A stretch of DNA of 15,894 nt from Candidatus Latescibacterota bacterium. Its GTDB lineage: Bacteria; Latescibacterota; UBA2968. This document shows, piece by piece, positions 15,825-15,894 of this stretch. The notes below the pieces were generated by a model. That model was not told the DNA's origin and made no database searches. It saw only the letters and a program-made list of their open reading frames with translations. The translations under genes were made by a program, and so were the position numbers. The DNA is taken from the NCBI GenBank assembly GCA_038279365.1, contig JAYODI010000046.1:28361-44254 (forward strand). The letters are read 5' to 3'. The number at the start of each line of letters is the position of its first letter. The stretch's first letter is position 1.

Positions 15825-15894
15825 TTTGTTTCAATACTATTGATGGCGTTTATGCCAATGATTTCGAGTGCGGTGTCTCCTGATGGGGGTTGCA
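15815..15894 (-). CDS. Probable 3' end of an upstream CDS truncated by the window edge
   Basis: Open frame ...QPPSGDTALEIIGINAINSIETKSE* ending at TAA (15815-15817), co-oriented with the cluster. Too short to assign a function. Confidence 0.45.
   Translation of the reverse strand, partial: QPPSGDTALEIIGINAINSIETKSE

Overview
Bacterial genomic window, mostly a long minus-strand run of catabolic enzyme genes: partial CDS, FAD-dependent oxidoreductase, Gfo/Idh/MocA oxidoreductase, PhyH-type Fe(II)/2OG dioxygenase, xylose-isomerase-like TIM barrel, sulfatase, SDR, E2, E1 alpha and E1 beta of an acetoin/pyruvate-type dehydrogenase, and a DHDPS/KdgD-family lyase. A Zn-dependent dehydrogenase lies at the left end. 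This enzyme mix resembles Latescibacterota/Poribacteria-type genomes (inference only). A more AT-rich plus-strand block encodes a PntC/LicC-like cytidylyltransferase with one in-frame TAA, a CDP-alcohol phosphotransferase (candidate phosphonolipid or CDP-choline lipid module) and an exported metallophosphoesterase. The most unusual item is a ~480 bp non-coding element (7013-7494) between the E2 and E1 alpha genes. Its two inverted ends each form a pseudoknot with a pyrimidine third strand that covaries exactly as a triple helix would require. Several intergenic gaps also carry facing inverted arrays of 7-mer or 8-mer tandem repeats, and two share a 38-bp repeat.
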